A stretch of DNA of 64,000 nt from Octopus vulgaris. Taxonomy: Eukaryota. Where the stretch lies: contig OX597832.1 of assembly GCA_951406725.2 (NCBI GenBank), positions 6,076,001 to 6,140,000 of the forward strand, read 5' to 3'. Below, in pieces: positions 28,270 through 42,805 of the stretch (position 1 is its first letter; the number at the start of each line of letters is the position of its first letter). A program made the translations under genes and the position numbers. The notes under the pieces were generated by a model, which was given only the letters and a program-made list of their open reading frames with translations, did no database searches and was not told the origin of the DNA.

Positions 28270-29200
28270 ACCAATATGTTGGAAGATTCGGACTGTGAGA
28301 TTGAAGCCAAGTCTTTAGTAGATAAAAATGGTCAGCGACTATCTCGCTCAAGTTTGCTTGACACAAAAGATAGAATTGATTATGATCTTGACGAAAGTCA
28401 TGAAAATGCAGCATAGATCTCCATTTAAGGAACACTTAGAACAAATACAACAACACAATTAGAAAAAAGTCTCGATGGTTTTCAAAACAATGATAGTAGT
28501 GGGAGTAAGCCATACTAAAACACTGATATGGAGCTCCGATAAGGTGAGTGTAATATCTCACCTTAAAGGTAATCTTCGATGCAATTCAGGGACAAGAAAT
28601 CACTACCAAGTACCAACTGGATAAATCACCAACTGACAACAAATGTAAGCTTTGCGATTCAGGGACAAAAAAATCTCCATCAAGTGTCTATTGTATAAAT
28701 CACCAACTGAGAACAAATGTAAGCTACACAAAACTAAATGCTTTAAAAAAAAAAGCCATTTTATTGCCGACTGTAAAAATATGTCCTGTAGATATTACTT
28801 TCGTATGAGGTATAATGGGGTAGTTAAAGCAATCTGGAACTGAAAGTCAAAAGGGAAAAGACAACAAATAAACATGAATATGTTGAATTTCAAGAATCAA
28901 ATGAAAATTGGTGAAGCATAAGAATAAATGGAAAACAGTGACCGAATTAAAATGCAACCGACTTGATATATTGTGGTTTAGAAGCACAAAATAATAACGT
29001 GTTGTGTTATGGAAGCTAGCTTTCTATTTGACATCAATGTGGCTGGAAAATACAGCTGAATGAAAATATCCAAAGGATCATTGACGAGGAATTTGCAAAT
29101 CTAGTCTCCAAAATAAAGATTCAGTTTTATACACATTGTTATTGGAGTGACAGGGTAAATACTAACCTGCCGAGATCAGTGAAAAAATGGCTGAGCGTGG
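28270..29200 (+). pseudogene. R4-like RLE LINE C-terminal remnant
   Basis: AIQGQEITTK, HFIADC..Y..RYNGVVKAIW, and degenerate PD-like and IVIGVTG motifs; highly eroded. Confidence 0.55.
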
Positions 29201-30343
29201 ATTCTTTGAGAAAGGACGCAACCCCTATAATTCATAGGCTATAAATATTCGCTATAACCGGATAATAAATATCTGAAAGAACTTCCGAAAATTTAGGGGA
29301 AATAAAACAAAAACCGGTTGTCAAGTGATGGGGGAGGACAAACATACACACGCGCGCACATACACATACACGCGCGTGCGCACTCACACATACACACACA
29401 CACGTGTATAAATGGTGAATTTCAAGGATTACGAAGGCAGTAAGACTCATTTCTTTACAACACTCACACCGATCTGGTGCCCAGCCAAAATATACTCTGT
29501 TAGATAATTTGAGTAGATAAATACATACATACATACGTGCACACCATGAGAATACATACATACATACATAACACGTATGTAGGTATTGTGTGCATGTATA
29601 TGTATGTATAAACAGAAATACATACACACATTTACACATATACGCGTACATGCTTAATACGAACAAGCATACACACGAACATGCATATATGCACCTATAC
29701 ATATCGACATACATACATACATACACACATACATACTTACATAGATTCATACATACATACATACATACATACATACATACATACATACATACATACATAG
29801 ATTCATACATACATACATACATACATACATACATACATACATACATACATACATACATACATACATACATACATACATACATACATACATACATACATAC
29901 ATAGAATCCTTTGTAAACAAAACCGCAAATAGCATTACGCGATATCGTAACAACCACCTTAATACCGATAGTAACGCACAGAGAGATTTATAGTAGCAAT
30001 GAAGCTAACAGCAGGCTAGCAATGCAGCAGCCTTTGTTAATCAGTGACAATTCATCTGAAATTCAGAGCTTCGTTGAACAAGCAGGTGTATCCAAGTATT
30101 TTCATCACCCTACAAGTGATTCACGTTACGTTGCAGCAGGTTTAACATATTAAGTTCTGAGACAGCTTATTCAATACAAATGCAAAAGAAAAAAAAAAAA
30201 AATAAGAAAAAGAAGAGCCTTCGTAACCGAAGTAAATAACATTGCAGGAAATTTCCTAAAAGGTTCCCACTTAAAGGGCACTGAAATAACATACGATACC
30301 AAAAATCTCCCAATAAAATTATGTGTGTGTGTGTGTGTGTGTA

Positions 30344-30442
<99 letters not shown>

Positions 30443-30472
30443 TTATATATATATATATACCTGTATGTGTGT

Positions 30473-30513
<41 letters not shown>

Positions 30514-30745
30514 ATTATATGTACATGGCAGAAACGTTAGCACGCCGAGCAAAATGCGTAGCTGTATTTCGTCTGCCGTTACGTTCTGAGTTCAAATTCC
30601 GCCGAGGTCGACTTTGCCTTTCATCCTTTCGGGGTCGATAAATTAAGTACCAGTTACACACACACATAATCGACTTAATACGTTTGTCTGTCCTTGTTTG
30701 TCCCCTCTGTGTTTAGCCCTTGTGGGTAGTAAAGAAATATATTTA

Positions 30746-31850
30746 CTAGCAGAAATACCTGGCGTTGCCCGGGTTAAAGAAAATAATGAAATTTAAAAAA
30801 CGCCGTCTAGATTAGGTAAGTCTCAACTGCTAGTAGTACAGTACAGGTGTCTCTCCAAGCCACTTCCTTTGCTTTACAATATATAACTCTAGTGTCATCT
30901 GCATAATGAACTGATGGATCAAAATTGAGAGCTGCTTCATAGAAGTTGCTTCTTTGAACTGTTGCAACTGCTCTTCGTTCTGCGGTGGAGATCCTATTTC
31001 TTGTCAATCGTGCATACCTCTGTTCATCACTTTGTGATGCTCTGACTTTTGTAGCACACAGTCTGTTCGTTTCTTGGCATGCTTCCCTTTCTGCAGCTGT
31101 CTCTCTTTCCCTGGGCAGAGACATTCTTTTGGCTGACCTTGACATTGTAGACAAATTTGATACTTTCCTTCTAGGCATGGTTATATACGTATACAGAAAT
31201 ACACGAGTGCAGATGATAGTAAACAATGAAAATAATTTGGTAACGGAAATTATGTTTCTTAATACGACGAGCAGAATGTAACTAAGAAATTTTTACGGAA
31301 AATAAAGAATTGTACAGGTTGGAGCGAAAGTTGTCACTCAGTGAACCAAAGAACCAGTATCGAAGGAACCAGAAAGAAAAAAAAACAACAGAAAACAGGA
31401 TTTAGTTAAATTGATTCACAAAATCAGCCCCCTTTAATTTTGCTCAGATTGCTTTCAAATTTCGGTGTATCAATGCAATTCTGAATTTTGATTACGATCA
31501 ACCAATTACTTTATCTCGTAAATTAAAGAATTGATGTTTTTTGGAATTAAAGTTTGGAAAATTTGGCTAATTTCAACCAATCAACAGACAACGTGGCATT
31601 AACAGCTTGTTACCATGACAACCGCACGTTGTGTTGTGTTTCACTCACATGTTCTGTTGATTCTTTACACCACGAGATTTACTTAACCCGCGTGTTTTGT
31701 TTTAATAAAAATTTATATTAATCAATTAGAATTTTATTGTAGATATTTTTCGCCATCTCTCTTAATATTTTACAAATTTTTCATATATTTATCATATATA
31801 TTTTATATATATTTTGTGAAGTTTTTCTGTGTTTACATTCGTTGCAACGA
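30746..31850 (-). mobile_element. Internally deleted Helitron retaining the Rep/Hel N-terminus
   Basis: 3' end (hairpin plus CTAG at 30746) matches 61141-61188; ORF 30807-31226 MPRRK..RETAAERE..SDEQRYARL..AALNFDP..YCKAK resembles Helitron N-termini. The 5' limit is uncertain. Confidence 0.75.
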
Positions 31851-32399
31851 ATGCCTTTCAGTTTAAACCCAGGTCAGGCCAGAATGAGCCATTCGGTATT
31901 TTTATTGAAGCTGTAGGACAACATTGCTTTATGTGTCCTTCATTTTTAAAATGTTAGAGCATAGTGAGAGGGAGATCTGGCTGTTATTTCTAGTAAATTG
32001 AACAGCCACACATAGATTTCTTCATTGTCTCATTTGCTGAGTATAAGTAAACAAAAACTAAAGGAAATGGATCTTCATCTGTTTCTAGGATGATCGTTCC
32101 AGTTGTATAATCAACTGAACTGGTTACACATTCAACTGGTACTTATTTTATCAACCCTAAAAGGATGAAAAGCAAAGTCAACCTAGGTGGAATTTGAACT
32201 CAGAATGTAAAGCATTTTGCCCAGGTGAGGACTGGGTGATGGTGGTGGTGGTGGTGGACATTAGAGGGGATGATAAGAAGAAAAGAGGCAAGTGGGATGG
32301 GAACGTTTGAGAGGAGGTGAGGTGAGCTCAGCTAGCTGCAAGGTGCAGAAGAAACCTGCACAAATGGATTGTTCATAGCGATCAAATGTATGTGCTGCG

Positions 32400-32592
32400 C
32401 ATTAGCTAACTCTCTCCATCAAATTACCTGAATAGATGTGTGGTGTGCCATTCATCAGGAGTCGCAGTGATCGCAGAGCAACGTAACATGAAATGTTTTG
32501 TTCAAGAAAACAACGCACCAACCCAGTCCAGGAATTGAAACCGCGATGTCGCGATTGTGAGTGCAATACCTTAATCACTAGATCATGCACCT
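32400..32592 (-). mobile_element. SINE family C (tRNA head), degraded
   Basis: Related copies at 46140-46422 and 62960-63170; box B-like GGTTTCAATTCC on the minus strand. Confidence 0.65.
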
Positions 32593-32600
32593 TCACTATA

Positions 32601-32648
<48 letters not shown>

Positions 32649-32882
32649 TTTGTATTCGTCCCCCATCACTGCTTGTCAACCGATGATAATGTGCTTACGT
32701 CCCCGTAACTTAGCGGTTCGGCAAAAGAGGCCGATAGAATAAGCACTAGGCTTAAAGAATAAGTCCTGGGGTCGACTTATTCGACTGAAGGCACTTGAAG
32801 GCAGTGCTTCAGCATGGCTGCAGTCAAATGACTGAAACAAGTAAAAGAATAAAAGAATATTATAAACACCAAATGCTGAATA

Positions 32883-33730
32883 CAGTAAACTCCGTCCTAT
32901 CCGGCAACGCTAGGACTGGAGAGCGACTGGATAACTGGATATTCCAGATATCTGATCATCACTTTTTAAATTAGCAAAGCACCTTTCAAAACTGATTAAA
33001 AGTCTATATATACATCAGTATTATCATTAATATTCTGAGTATAGTTTCCGCTGAGGTCGACTTAACCTTTCGTCCTTTCGAGTTCGATAAAATAGGTTAC
33101 AGCTGAGTACTTGGGTCGATGCAATCGACTTACCCCCTCACCCGAACTTGCTGGTCCTGTGCCAAAATTTGTGACCAATATTCTGAATTTCTGAATAAGG
33201 TGGCGAGCTGGCAGAATCGTTACCGCACAGGGAAAAGTAATTAGCGGCATTTTGACGGTCTTTACATAATTTCCGTTCTGAGTTCAAATTCCGCTGGGGT
33301 CTACCTCGCCTTTCATACTTTTGGGGTTGACAAAATAAGCATCAGTTGCGCACTGGGGTCGGTGTAATTGAAATAACTTCCCCCGAAATTATTGGCCTTG
33401 TGCCAAAATTTGAAATCAATATTCTGAATATAGTAGAAATGAGAGAAATAAGAAGAAATAAAAGTATAATTTAAGCAAAGAACACATTATATTTATTTAA
33501 GATACGAGTACTGTAAACGCTGTCAAATATAATACTGTACAGTATTTTGAGCAGCAACGATCCATTTTAAAATACAGTAGAAACTTCCTTTCTTTTAATG
33601 ATAATTAATTAACGCAAATTAGCGCAAATTCGCTTGACTAATTAACATCACATTTTTCTTTTCTTTCTTTTATTTTTGGGCGTCTGTTGCTTGAGAGTTC
33701 CGGTTGAGTAACGGATACGAGGAAGTTTAA
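32883..33730. mobile_element. Tigger/pogo-type MITE remnant interrupted by SINE B copies
   Basis: TA-CAGTAAACTCCGTCCTATCCGG at the left; degenerate CGGATACGAGGAAGTTTA at the right. Confidence 0.5.
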
Positions 33731-33994
33731 TTTACGTTGTTTCCCAAAGATCCGGAATTAGTCAACTGTAAGCTTCAATGTAAACAGCCTTAGCATGAAT
33801 ATAGCCAGATGACTGAAAGCAGTAAAAGATTAAGAGGATCAATTAATCAGGTACCGTGGAACTGCTTTCATGAAGGATGGCAGTGGAAGGGATGGGGGTG
33901 GTCCACTAAAAATTAATGTTAACAGGCATCGATGCTGGTCAAAATATTTGCTCGAGCCCTTGCTTTTAAATGTACGGGTTTGAATATAAATCAA

Positions 33995-35155
33995 CATTGG
34001 TTTCAAATTTTGGCACAAGGCCAGCAATTTCGGGTGAGTGGGTAAGTCGATTACATCGACCCCAGTACTCAATCGACACTTATTTTATCGACCCCGAAAG
34101 GATGAAAGGTCAAGTCGACCACGGCGGAATTTGAACTCAGAATGTAACGACGGGCGAAATGCCGCTGAGCATTTTGCCCGGCGTGCTAACGGTTTTACTC
34201 GCTCGCCGCCTAATATAAATTAATATTTCTTTCTTTATAGCCCACAGGGGGCTAAATATAGAGAGGACAAACAAAAGCATACAAAGAGATTAAGTCGATT
34301 ACATCGACCCCAGTGCATAACTGATACTTATTTAACCGACTCCGAAAAGATGAAAGGCAAAGTCGACCTCGGTAGAATTTGAACTCAGAACGAAACGGCA
34401 GACGAAATACCTATTTCTTTACTACTCACAAGGGATAAACACAGAGAGGACAAACAAACTGATTAAGTCGATTAATCGACACCAGTCGTAACTGATACTT
34501 ATTTAACCGACCCCGAAAAGATGAAAGGCAAAGTCGACCTCGGTGGAATTTGAACTCGAACGTAACAGCAGAACGAAATGCCGCTAAGCATTTCGCCCGG
34601 CGTGCTAACGTTTCTGCCAGCTCGCCGCCTTCGTATAGTAAAATATTAATTATACAATGACTTTCTAACAGCTAAAAGCAGTCGTAATTTTGGCTTCAAA
34701 TTTTAGCACAAGGTCAACAGTTTTGAGGGGACGAGGAAAGTCGATTACATCGACCCACTGCTCAACTGATATTTATTTTATTGACCCTGAAAGGGAGGAA
34801 AAACGAAGTAGACCTCGACGGAATTTGAACCTAGAACGTAAAGACGGATGAAATGCCGCTAAGCATTTTTCCTGTTGTGCTTACGACTCTCCTAGCTTGC
34901 TACCTTAAAATGCAAACGTAATTATAAAGCTATTACAAAGGCGATTGACTGGCAGAATAGTTAGGGCGCCGGAAGAAACGCTTTGCAATATTTCTTCCGG
35001 GTCTTTTCGTTCTGAATTCAAATTCCACCAAAGTCAACATTGCTTTTCATACTATCACGGTCGATGAAATAAGTACCAGTTGAGTACTGGGCTCGATGTA
35101 ATCGGCTAGCACTCTCCCTCAAAATTCCAGGCCTTGTGCCTATAGTAGGAAGAAT
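33995..35155. mobile_element. Cluster of SINE family B copies in both orientations
   Basis: At least five repeats of the ATGAAAGGCAAAGTCGACCTCGGCGGAATTTGAACTCAGAA body. Confidence 0.9.
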
Positions 35156-36410
35156 TTTACAACTATTATTCAGTTCAATTTTCCACCAAACTGATCAGAA
35201 TCTGCTGAAATTCATTTGCCTATTTTCATTTCGGAAGCAAATTCTGCAGCAATTGCAATTAGATTTATTTTATCTGATTGTTCTTTGTGATACGAAGTAT
35301 AGCCAGAGAATTTAATCTCTTGTTTCATACTTGACTGAAGACATGTTTTTAATCGTTTTGCTAGAAAACATCTTCGTTCAGCCGTAACAGATGTTGAAGT
35401 AATTATTCTTATATATTGGCAAATTTTACAAAACTCTGATTATTATTCGATGCTTGCCATCGTTTTAGTTTTCTTTTTTCTCCCTCCTCCCCTTCTTTTT
35501 CATTCAAATACACTACAATGTCAACCGAGCGACTACATGACAAAAATCTTTCGCATCGAGACTTCAAATACTGAAAGCTCAACAAATAAATAATTGATGT
35601 CAACGTCGTTATTTAATGATTCCAAATGTTGGCACAAGACCAGCAATTTTAGGGAGTGTATAAGTCGATTGTATTCCTTCCAATACTCGACTGGTTCTTA
35701 TTTTATCGAACCCAAAAGAATGAAAAGCAAGATCGACCTTGTCGGAATTGAAACTCAAGAAAATCCAGGGCCGGAAGAAATACCGCTAAACAGTTTATCC
35801 GACGCGCTGACGATTCTCCCAGCTAACCGCTTTCATGTTACTCAGGAAGATAGATAATTTCTGATGAAATTTTTTTAACATTAAAATATGCAATACTCTG
35901 CAATGGGCTACAACTGTCGATGGAAGTGTAACCTCCCCAGTTACCATTTCAATTTCCTTGAGAGCTTTTCGCTTCCGTTGCAATACAAGTTCTGAAATGA
36001 AACTGTATCTCGCTACCTTTTACACAGTAACATCATAGAGGATATCAAATGAATCTTCATTCTTCATATCTTTCAAAATATAATTAATAATGTCAGCCTC
36101 TGTCTATCTTTCTGACGATATTCTAGCCATTTGCAATGACTTTGGTAAATTGTCTGTTGGCCCAAAGCGCGTAGTGATCATCTAGTTGCAGTTAAGCTCA
36201 AAAGACAATTGATAAATATAGGAGATAATGCTAAATTATAAGTTATACACAACAATAAAGTTTTCCTATTGAGAGGATTCAATCTTTTTAGTAGAGTCAA
36301 ATTTATTATACATATTGGTTACAAATTTTGGCACAAGGCCAGCAATTTCGGGGTAGATCGGCTCTAGTATATTCAACTAGGTTTTACTTTATCGAACACG
36401 AAATGATGAA

Positions 36411-36668
36411 ATTTTGCCCGGCGTGCTAACGTTTCTGCCAGCTCGCCGCCTGAGTCGGCCCAATATGTATAATGAATTTAAGGCGGCGAGCTTGCAGAAT
36501 GCTTATCGGAATTTCGTTCGTCTTCACTCAGGCGGAATCTGAACTCAGAACGTGAAGACGAACGAAATTCCGATAAGCATTCTGCAAGCTCGCCGCCTTA
36601 AATTCATTATACATATTGGGCCGACTCAGGCGGCGAGCTGGCAGAAACGTTAGCACGCCGGGCGAAAT
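36411..36668. repeat. Near-perfect 117-bp inverted duplication
   Basis: 36411-36527 versus 36552-36668, one mismatch, 24-nt spacer; includes non-SINE sequence. Confidence 0.95.
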
Positions 36669-36842
36669 GCTTAGCTGTGTTTCGTCTCTCTTTACGTTCT
36701 GAGTTCAAATTTCGCCGTAGTTGACTTTGCTTTTTATCCTTTCTGGGTCGATAAATTAAGTACCAGTTTCATACTGGGGTTGATCTAATCGACTGACCCC
36801 CCCCTCTCAAAATTTAGGGCCTTGTGTCTAGAGTAGAAACGA
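36627..36842 (+). mobile_element. SINE family B with 18-bp TSD
   Basis: Flanked by ATACATATTGGGCCGACT (36609-36626) and ATACATATTGGGCTGACT (36843-36860). Confidence 0.9.
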
Positions 36843-37682
36843 ATACATATTGGGCTGACTGCCATCAAGACTCAGCAACAGTCAGAACGAAACACTAACA
36901 CCTCGTGATTTTTGTGGGAAAAACATGTGAACTTCCAAAACTGGTATCATGAAAATTAAATTTAATAAAATTTTTCCTTTTGTTACACAATGGTTTTATG
37001 TGATTGGAACTTGTAGTATATTTAAATAAAACTGTAAAATGTGCTTGTTTTTCTCTATGATAAGGTTATCAAACCTTTTTCTCTTTTTTGCTTTTTAATA
37101 TAAAGGTACTCATGTGAAACCTGAGTCACTTAGAATCTAAAACAAGCAAGGACGTTAACTCCAATAATATCTATCTGAAATAATTTGTAAACAATAAGGA
37201 CGATGCAGTTGGGAGTCGGCGGGCTCAGGATTGCCTTTCTAAGGAATGGGGTATGCTTGACATGTTTTCAAATATGATGGAAAGAAGAAAAGGTGAGAGT
37301 GAGAGGTGGGGGATTAGAGTTAGAAATAAAGGAAAAACGAGTTTCCTTTATGAATTCTGTAAAATTAGTGAAGATTATTTTGGCAAGGAACAAAAAGGAT
37401 CTACAGTTTAGGAGGTGAGTGTGCTTGCGGTCTGTGTGATACGTGAAGGTATCCTTCGCTGTTCAGATAAGTAATGGTCCCGTAGAGGTTGTGGGTCAAA
37501 GCCAGTTTGTAAAAGCCGATGGTTTTCTTCGAGCGTTGTCGATCTTATTCTTTGCCTGAACTACTGGAATACAGCTATATGTAAGTGAATAACTCAGTAG
37601 TGAAGGTAGTGGTGGTGGTGGTGGGGGGTCTTGGGACTGTGAGGTTCGGTTGTGTGGAGATAGTAAGGCACATACCTAAGAG

Positions 37683-37829
37683 CAGTCATGGATAACCTGC
37701 GGTACGCGAGATTTCCTAAATAACAAATTTAACGAAAAATTGGCGTCATTTTTTTAAAATAATATAGTTCGTTTGATGATGAGCCAAGCCTCATGAGATC
37801 TGCTTCTCAAAAAAGGTTGCCCATATCTG
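37683..37829. mobile_element. hAT-type MITE
   Basis: Ends CAGTCATGGATAACCT / AGGTTGCCCATATCTG. Confidence 0.65.
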
Positions 37830-40800
37830 CTCAAAAGGATGTTTATCATCAGTCACCTAGCTGTTTCTGATAGGTCAGGAATAAAGCATGTATACAACTA
37901 GGGATAGTTTGCCCAGAACTGGTGGAGCCCTGACCTGTTAGATGACTTTATATACGGATATAGTCTGGTAAGGGGACCATTACGAAGTAAGTGGATATTT
38001 AGTAATTCATCGCGACAATCATTAAATTCGATAGGTGCAAAAACACTTATGGTTTGGTAAAGGTTGGATGTGAAGGTGAGACGGATGTTTTTGGAGTGTT
38101 TATCAACAATGCAGATAATTCTATATAACATCAAAATTATTTTAAAGCAAATATTTTCTTTTTAATTCAATTAATTCCGATTGTAGTTTGTGGTGTGTTT
38201 TGCAATATATTATCTATGTATTAATGTATGGTTCTAGACTGCATGGAAGTTTTCATACTTTGATAAAAGCTTCCGTTTTTTGTTTTATTTGTTTAGTAAT
38301 GATTCTCTAACAATCCATTCATCGTTTAAATAGTTAAATGTCAACAAGAACAAATTCTCAGCCTGGAGTGTTTTCTACACAACAGATTTGAGTTGACCTA
38401 AGATTTGGTCAAAGATTATTGTTGTACAACACAAGAGAATAATATTACTGATTAGGTATTCGATTTGCCCCAAGCTGCACTCATTTTTCTTCCCAATGTA
38501 CTTCGTATTATTCAAAACATATGCAAGGAGAAACCAGTCGCCATTTTAGTTCTGTTTCAAGGAGATGGTTCCAAGACGCTAATTTATTTAAGCTTATCTT
38601 TATTCATTTCTTTGAAAGTGCTATCGAAAGGATGAATTTTCTTTAGATTGGTCTCTTCTTATTTAATTGTAAGCACTATAATGTAATATTCAAACCATAG
38701 GTAGAGTCCATTAGTTAGCTTTTGTAAGTTAATTTTTCTATTTCTTTTACCTTGTATGCAAACTCTGCAACATTGAAAACTGTTCTAATGGATTGTAAAT
38801 TAGTATTTAACTGCAAGCATTTTCTTTGTGATCTTGATAAGATACTTCGCTCTGTTAGTGTTCCCGGGGTGTGTAGTTTGTTGCCAAACATCAAGCTGTG
38901 TTGTATTCTTAATTATAGTTGCGAAGTTACGGAGGGCCTTTTAAAACTAATGTGTGTGTATGTGTATGTGCATGCGAACTTGTGATTATACATATACAGA
39001 AGTATATCCCACACATTAACGAATTAGGACGATTATATATACATACACAGACGATATTGTTTGAAGCTACACGGAGGAAAGAGTATGTACAATTAAAGTA
39101 ATTGTACACAGCGTACATAGTATTTAATATCCTAAACAGTTCATAAGATACACGTCTAATGCATATGATAATAGAATTACTCAATATAAACTATCCAAGT
39201 AGATAACACTAGAACGAGTGAACGTGGGAGTCTCTATGTGGTCGCTCTTGCTGCTAGAAATAGTGGACAAAATTCTTTGAATTTACACCCGACCTTATTA
39301 AAAACAAATCGGATACACTGTCAGAAAGTAAGAGAAGATGGTTATAACCGAATTTTGATTATAGTTCTGCTCGACCAGAGCTAACTTGCATTTAAACAAC
39401 AGCATTAATACAAACAGCCCTTGGCTATAGTCTGTTGCAATCAGAATATGTAGACGCCATCATGAGATTATAATCAGGTTTATTCGTATCATATACATAA
39501 AGTATAAAACAATCAGCCCCCATCCAATAAAAAAATGTATAAAATGTAAGGCGATTCTAAAGTGAAATTTCTTTTATAACAAATTGATATCAGTGAGACG
39601 AGAACTCAAGATGTGAGAAACTCAGAACATTTTGGCAAGGAACAAGTTTGCCTCCAATTGACAATTTGTAAATCGGAGAATTAAAGGAAGTAGTAAGTTA
39701 GTAAAATTTCACCGAATATAAGGGTTCCAGCCCGAATATCTTAGCAAAATCAAACATCAAACATATTCTATCAACTCCGAAGGATTTGCTGAATTAGTGG
39801 GAAAGTTGTGCAATAGAAAGACAATAGAAAGGTAGCTCATAGTTGGATACTAGCATTGGATGTTCTCGTTCTAAAGAAGACTATTCTCCGATGTATATAA
39901 AAGATTAAAGCTTGCTGGTTTGCTTCTTTAAACTAATGTTTAACTGAGATTTAACTATGATTTAGAGACGGTGTCGAAACCAATTTTTTTTCAAGACAAT
40001 AAGTGATCCAACAAGTTCAGGCTGTTGGAATGAAGGAGGTGTGAAGAAGTGCATAACAACTTTTAAATTGACAAATCTATGTATATAAAGGTAAATATAA
40101 ACACCGCAGAAATCGTAGCTGCAGGTATGGTTTGATTGCAGACTATTGCTTATTTAAAAGTGCTACAGCCATTGCATTATGATGAAATTACTTAGATGCT
40201 ACTGCTATTGAAAGGTTCATGTGAGTTACCTTACGGCAAACTTGTAACTGAAAGTAAAGTGTCTCTCATGCTACAGATTTTTCAAAAGGAATATTTCCAG
40301 CCGACAGTTTCTCCATGTTTATTTTGCAAGTGAACCCAATAATTTGCGTTGATTAATCCCTGATTAAAGGCGTTCTTTGGTTATTCTTTCATCTGTTTGT
40401 ATAACCACGACGGAATTGTCCAATGTATTCTTCGCGTCTCTAGAAAATACGATTTTAGAGAGATTTGGCTATTTCCAGGGTCAGCTGACGGTACTGGCAG
40501 CTTGAGGAGTATGCAAGGATACATGTCATGTGTTTGGGATATTTATAGAAATACAAAGGCAAAATATTAAAATAATCTTTTTCTTGTTTCAGTCATTGGA
40601 CTGCGGCCATATTGAGACATCGCCTTTAAGGGTCTGGGTTGACCAAATCGACCTTTGTACTTACTTTTTAAAACCTAGTACTTTTTCTATCGGTTTCTTC
40701 GTTGAGCCGCTAAGTTGCGGAGACTTAGACAAACCAACACCGGCTGTGGAGGACAAACACAAAGACACACACACATACATATATGACGAGATTCTTTCAG

Positions 40801-41329
40801 TTTCCGTCTACCAAGTCCATTTATAATGCTTTGTTCAAGCCGGGGTATCGTTAAAAAGACTAGCCAAGGTGCCACGTTGAAAGAATTGAAACAGGAACCG
40901 CGTGGTTGAGAAGCAAACTTCTTACTAGACAACTGCGCCTGCGCCTATTTCATTCTTACATCTAATAAACTGCAATAAACCTTTATTTCTACACTTTTAG
41001 TTTTTGCTCCTTGTCAAAAACTTTTTTAATTATTCATGTAAGGACACAAAAATTCAGCTGGTCTAGGGCATCAACAACCCTTGCGTTAACTATTTCTGGC
41101 TGCTTTTTCTGGCAATTTTAATGACTGCATAAAAATGAGAAGCACCAATATAATCTGCAATTTATTTGTCAAAGATCTAAAGATCTGGACATCCACAATG
41201 CTAAGAAACAACTGATTTTAATTATTTTCTCGGTCATTATAGAAGTAAAACTTGGCAAAAAGAGATGTCTACGTTGATGGTTAAAAGTAAGGAGATTTCT
41301 TTCCAATCCGAAAACATTTATATCAATGA

Positions 41330-41841
41330 CTAGCAGTATCGCCCGGCGTTGCTCGGGTTTGTAAGGGAAATAAATATATAAGCATTTTTAGAGAGTTACT
41401 TCCCTTATAGATGCCAATTCAGGCTTTCTTAGCCATTTCTGTTTTGGTGTCTTCAAGCCATGAAGTCGTTGTTCTAAAAGAACGCTGGTCTCCTTGACAA
41501 CGCTTTACGACGTTGATTTCCTTACACTCCCTTCCCCACAGCTTCACGAGGGAGGGAAGAAGGGGGAGAAGCAAACAGGTGCAGGTGTGACCATGGACGC
41601 CAACTCCGCCGCCATCGACACACGAAAAATTATGCATTAAAATGGAATAAAAAATGATGTTAAATTAGTTTTAAAATCGTAGACTCATCGTAGACGCGCG
41701 CTAATACTCAGACGGGCTCATATGAATCACGACTATAAGATACCCGAATTTGGTTAAACTGCACCGCAAAATGTGGGAGTAGTTAGAAATCTAAATCGAA
41801 GGGGACAGACACTCACACAACTACAGTTTTATATAGAGAGA
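41330..41841 (-). mobile_element. Non-autonomous Helitron (family of 11587)
   Basis: Reverse-complement match including hairpin and CTAG; internally deleted. Confidence 0.9.
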
Positions 41842-41882
41842 TATTTCGGTCTCCCTTGCTCCAAACAATAAATGCTACCTAT

Positions 41883-42153
41883 ACTCTTTTACTCTTTTAC
41901 TTGTTTCAGTCATTTGACTGTGGCCATGCTGGAGCACCACCTTTAGTCGAGCAAATCGACCCCAGGGCTTATTCTTTGCAAGCCTAGTACTTATTCTATC
42001 TGTCTCTTTAACGAACCGCTAAGTTACGGGGACGTAAACACACCAGCATCGGTTGTCAAGCGATGTCGGGAGGGGGAAAAACACAGACACACACATACAT
42101 ACATACATATATATATACGCACACATACATACATACATGCATACATATATATA

Positions 42154-42213
<60 letters not shown>

Positions 42214-42350
42214 TACGACGGGCTTCTATCAGTTTCCGTCTATCAAATACACTCACAAGGCTTTGGTCGGCCCGAGGCTATAGCAGAAGACACTTGCTCA
42301 AGGTACCATGCAGTGGAACTGAACCCGGAACCATGTGGTTCGTAAGCAAT
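41883..42350 (-). mobile_element. SINE family A
   Basis: Reverse match to 43404-43808; further minus-strand copies at 40578-40945, 46815-47200, 50010-50690 and 51420-51810. Confidence 0.88.
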
Positions 42351-42479
42351 ACCTTCAAGATTTTAAAATGTATCGTACAAAATTATTGTTAACTAAGCTA
42401 GAATGGCCAGACAATATTACAACAAACTTTAAAAAGATGTGTCAGTCAGACAGTTCTTCCTACAATACTACACAATGGT

Positions 42480-42805
42480 TTTCGATTCCCAGACCGGGCG
42501 TTGTGAGTGTTTATTGAGCGAAAACACCTAAAGCTCCACGAGGCTCCGGCAGGGATGGTGGTGATCCCTGCTGTACTCTTTCACCACAACTTTCTCTCAC
42601 TCTTACTTCCTGTTTCTGTTGTACCTGTATTTCAAAGGGCCGGCCTTGTCACTCTCTGTGTCATGCTGAATATTCCGGAGAACTACGTTAAGGGTACACG
42701 TGTCTGTGGAGTGCTCAGCCACTTACACGTTAATTTCACGAGCAGGCTGTTCCGTTGATCGGATCAACCGGAACCCTCGTCGTCGTAACCGACGGAGTGC
42801 TTCCT
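42480..42805 (+). mobile_element. 5'-truncated SINE family D with 10-bp TSD
   Basis: Begins at box B-like TTCGATTCCC; flanked by ACACAATGGT on both sides; a fragment of the same family is inverted at 14783-14832. Confidence 0.75.

Noticed and set aside
29917-30153. 78-codon open frame in non-repeat DNA
   Set aside because: No recognisable motif or clear splice sites; the length is compatible with chance.
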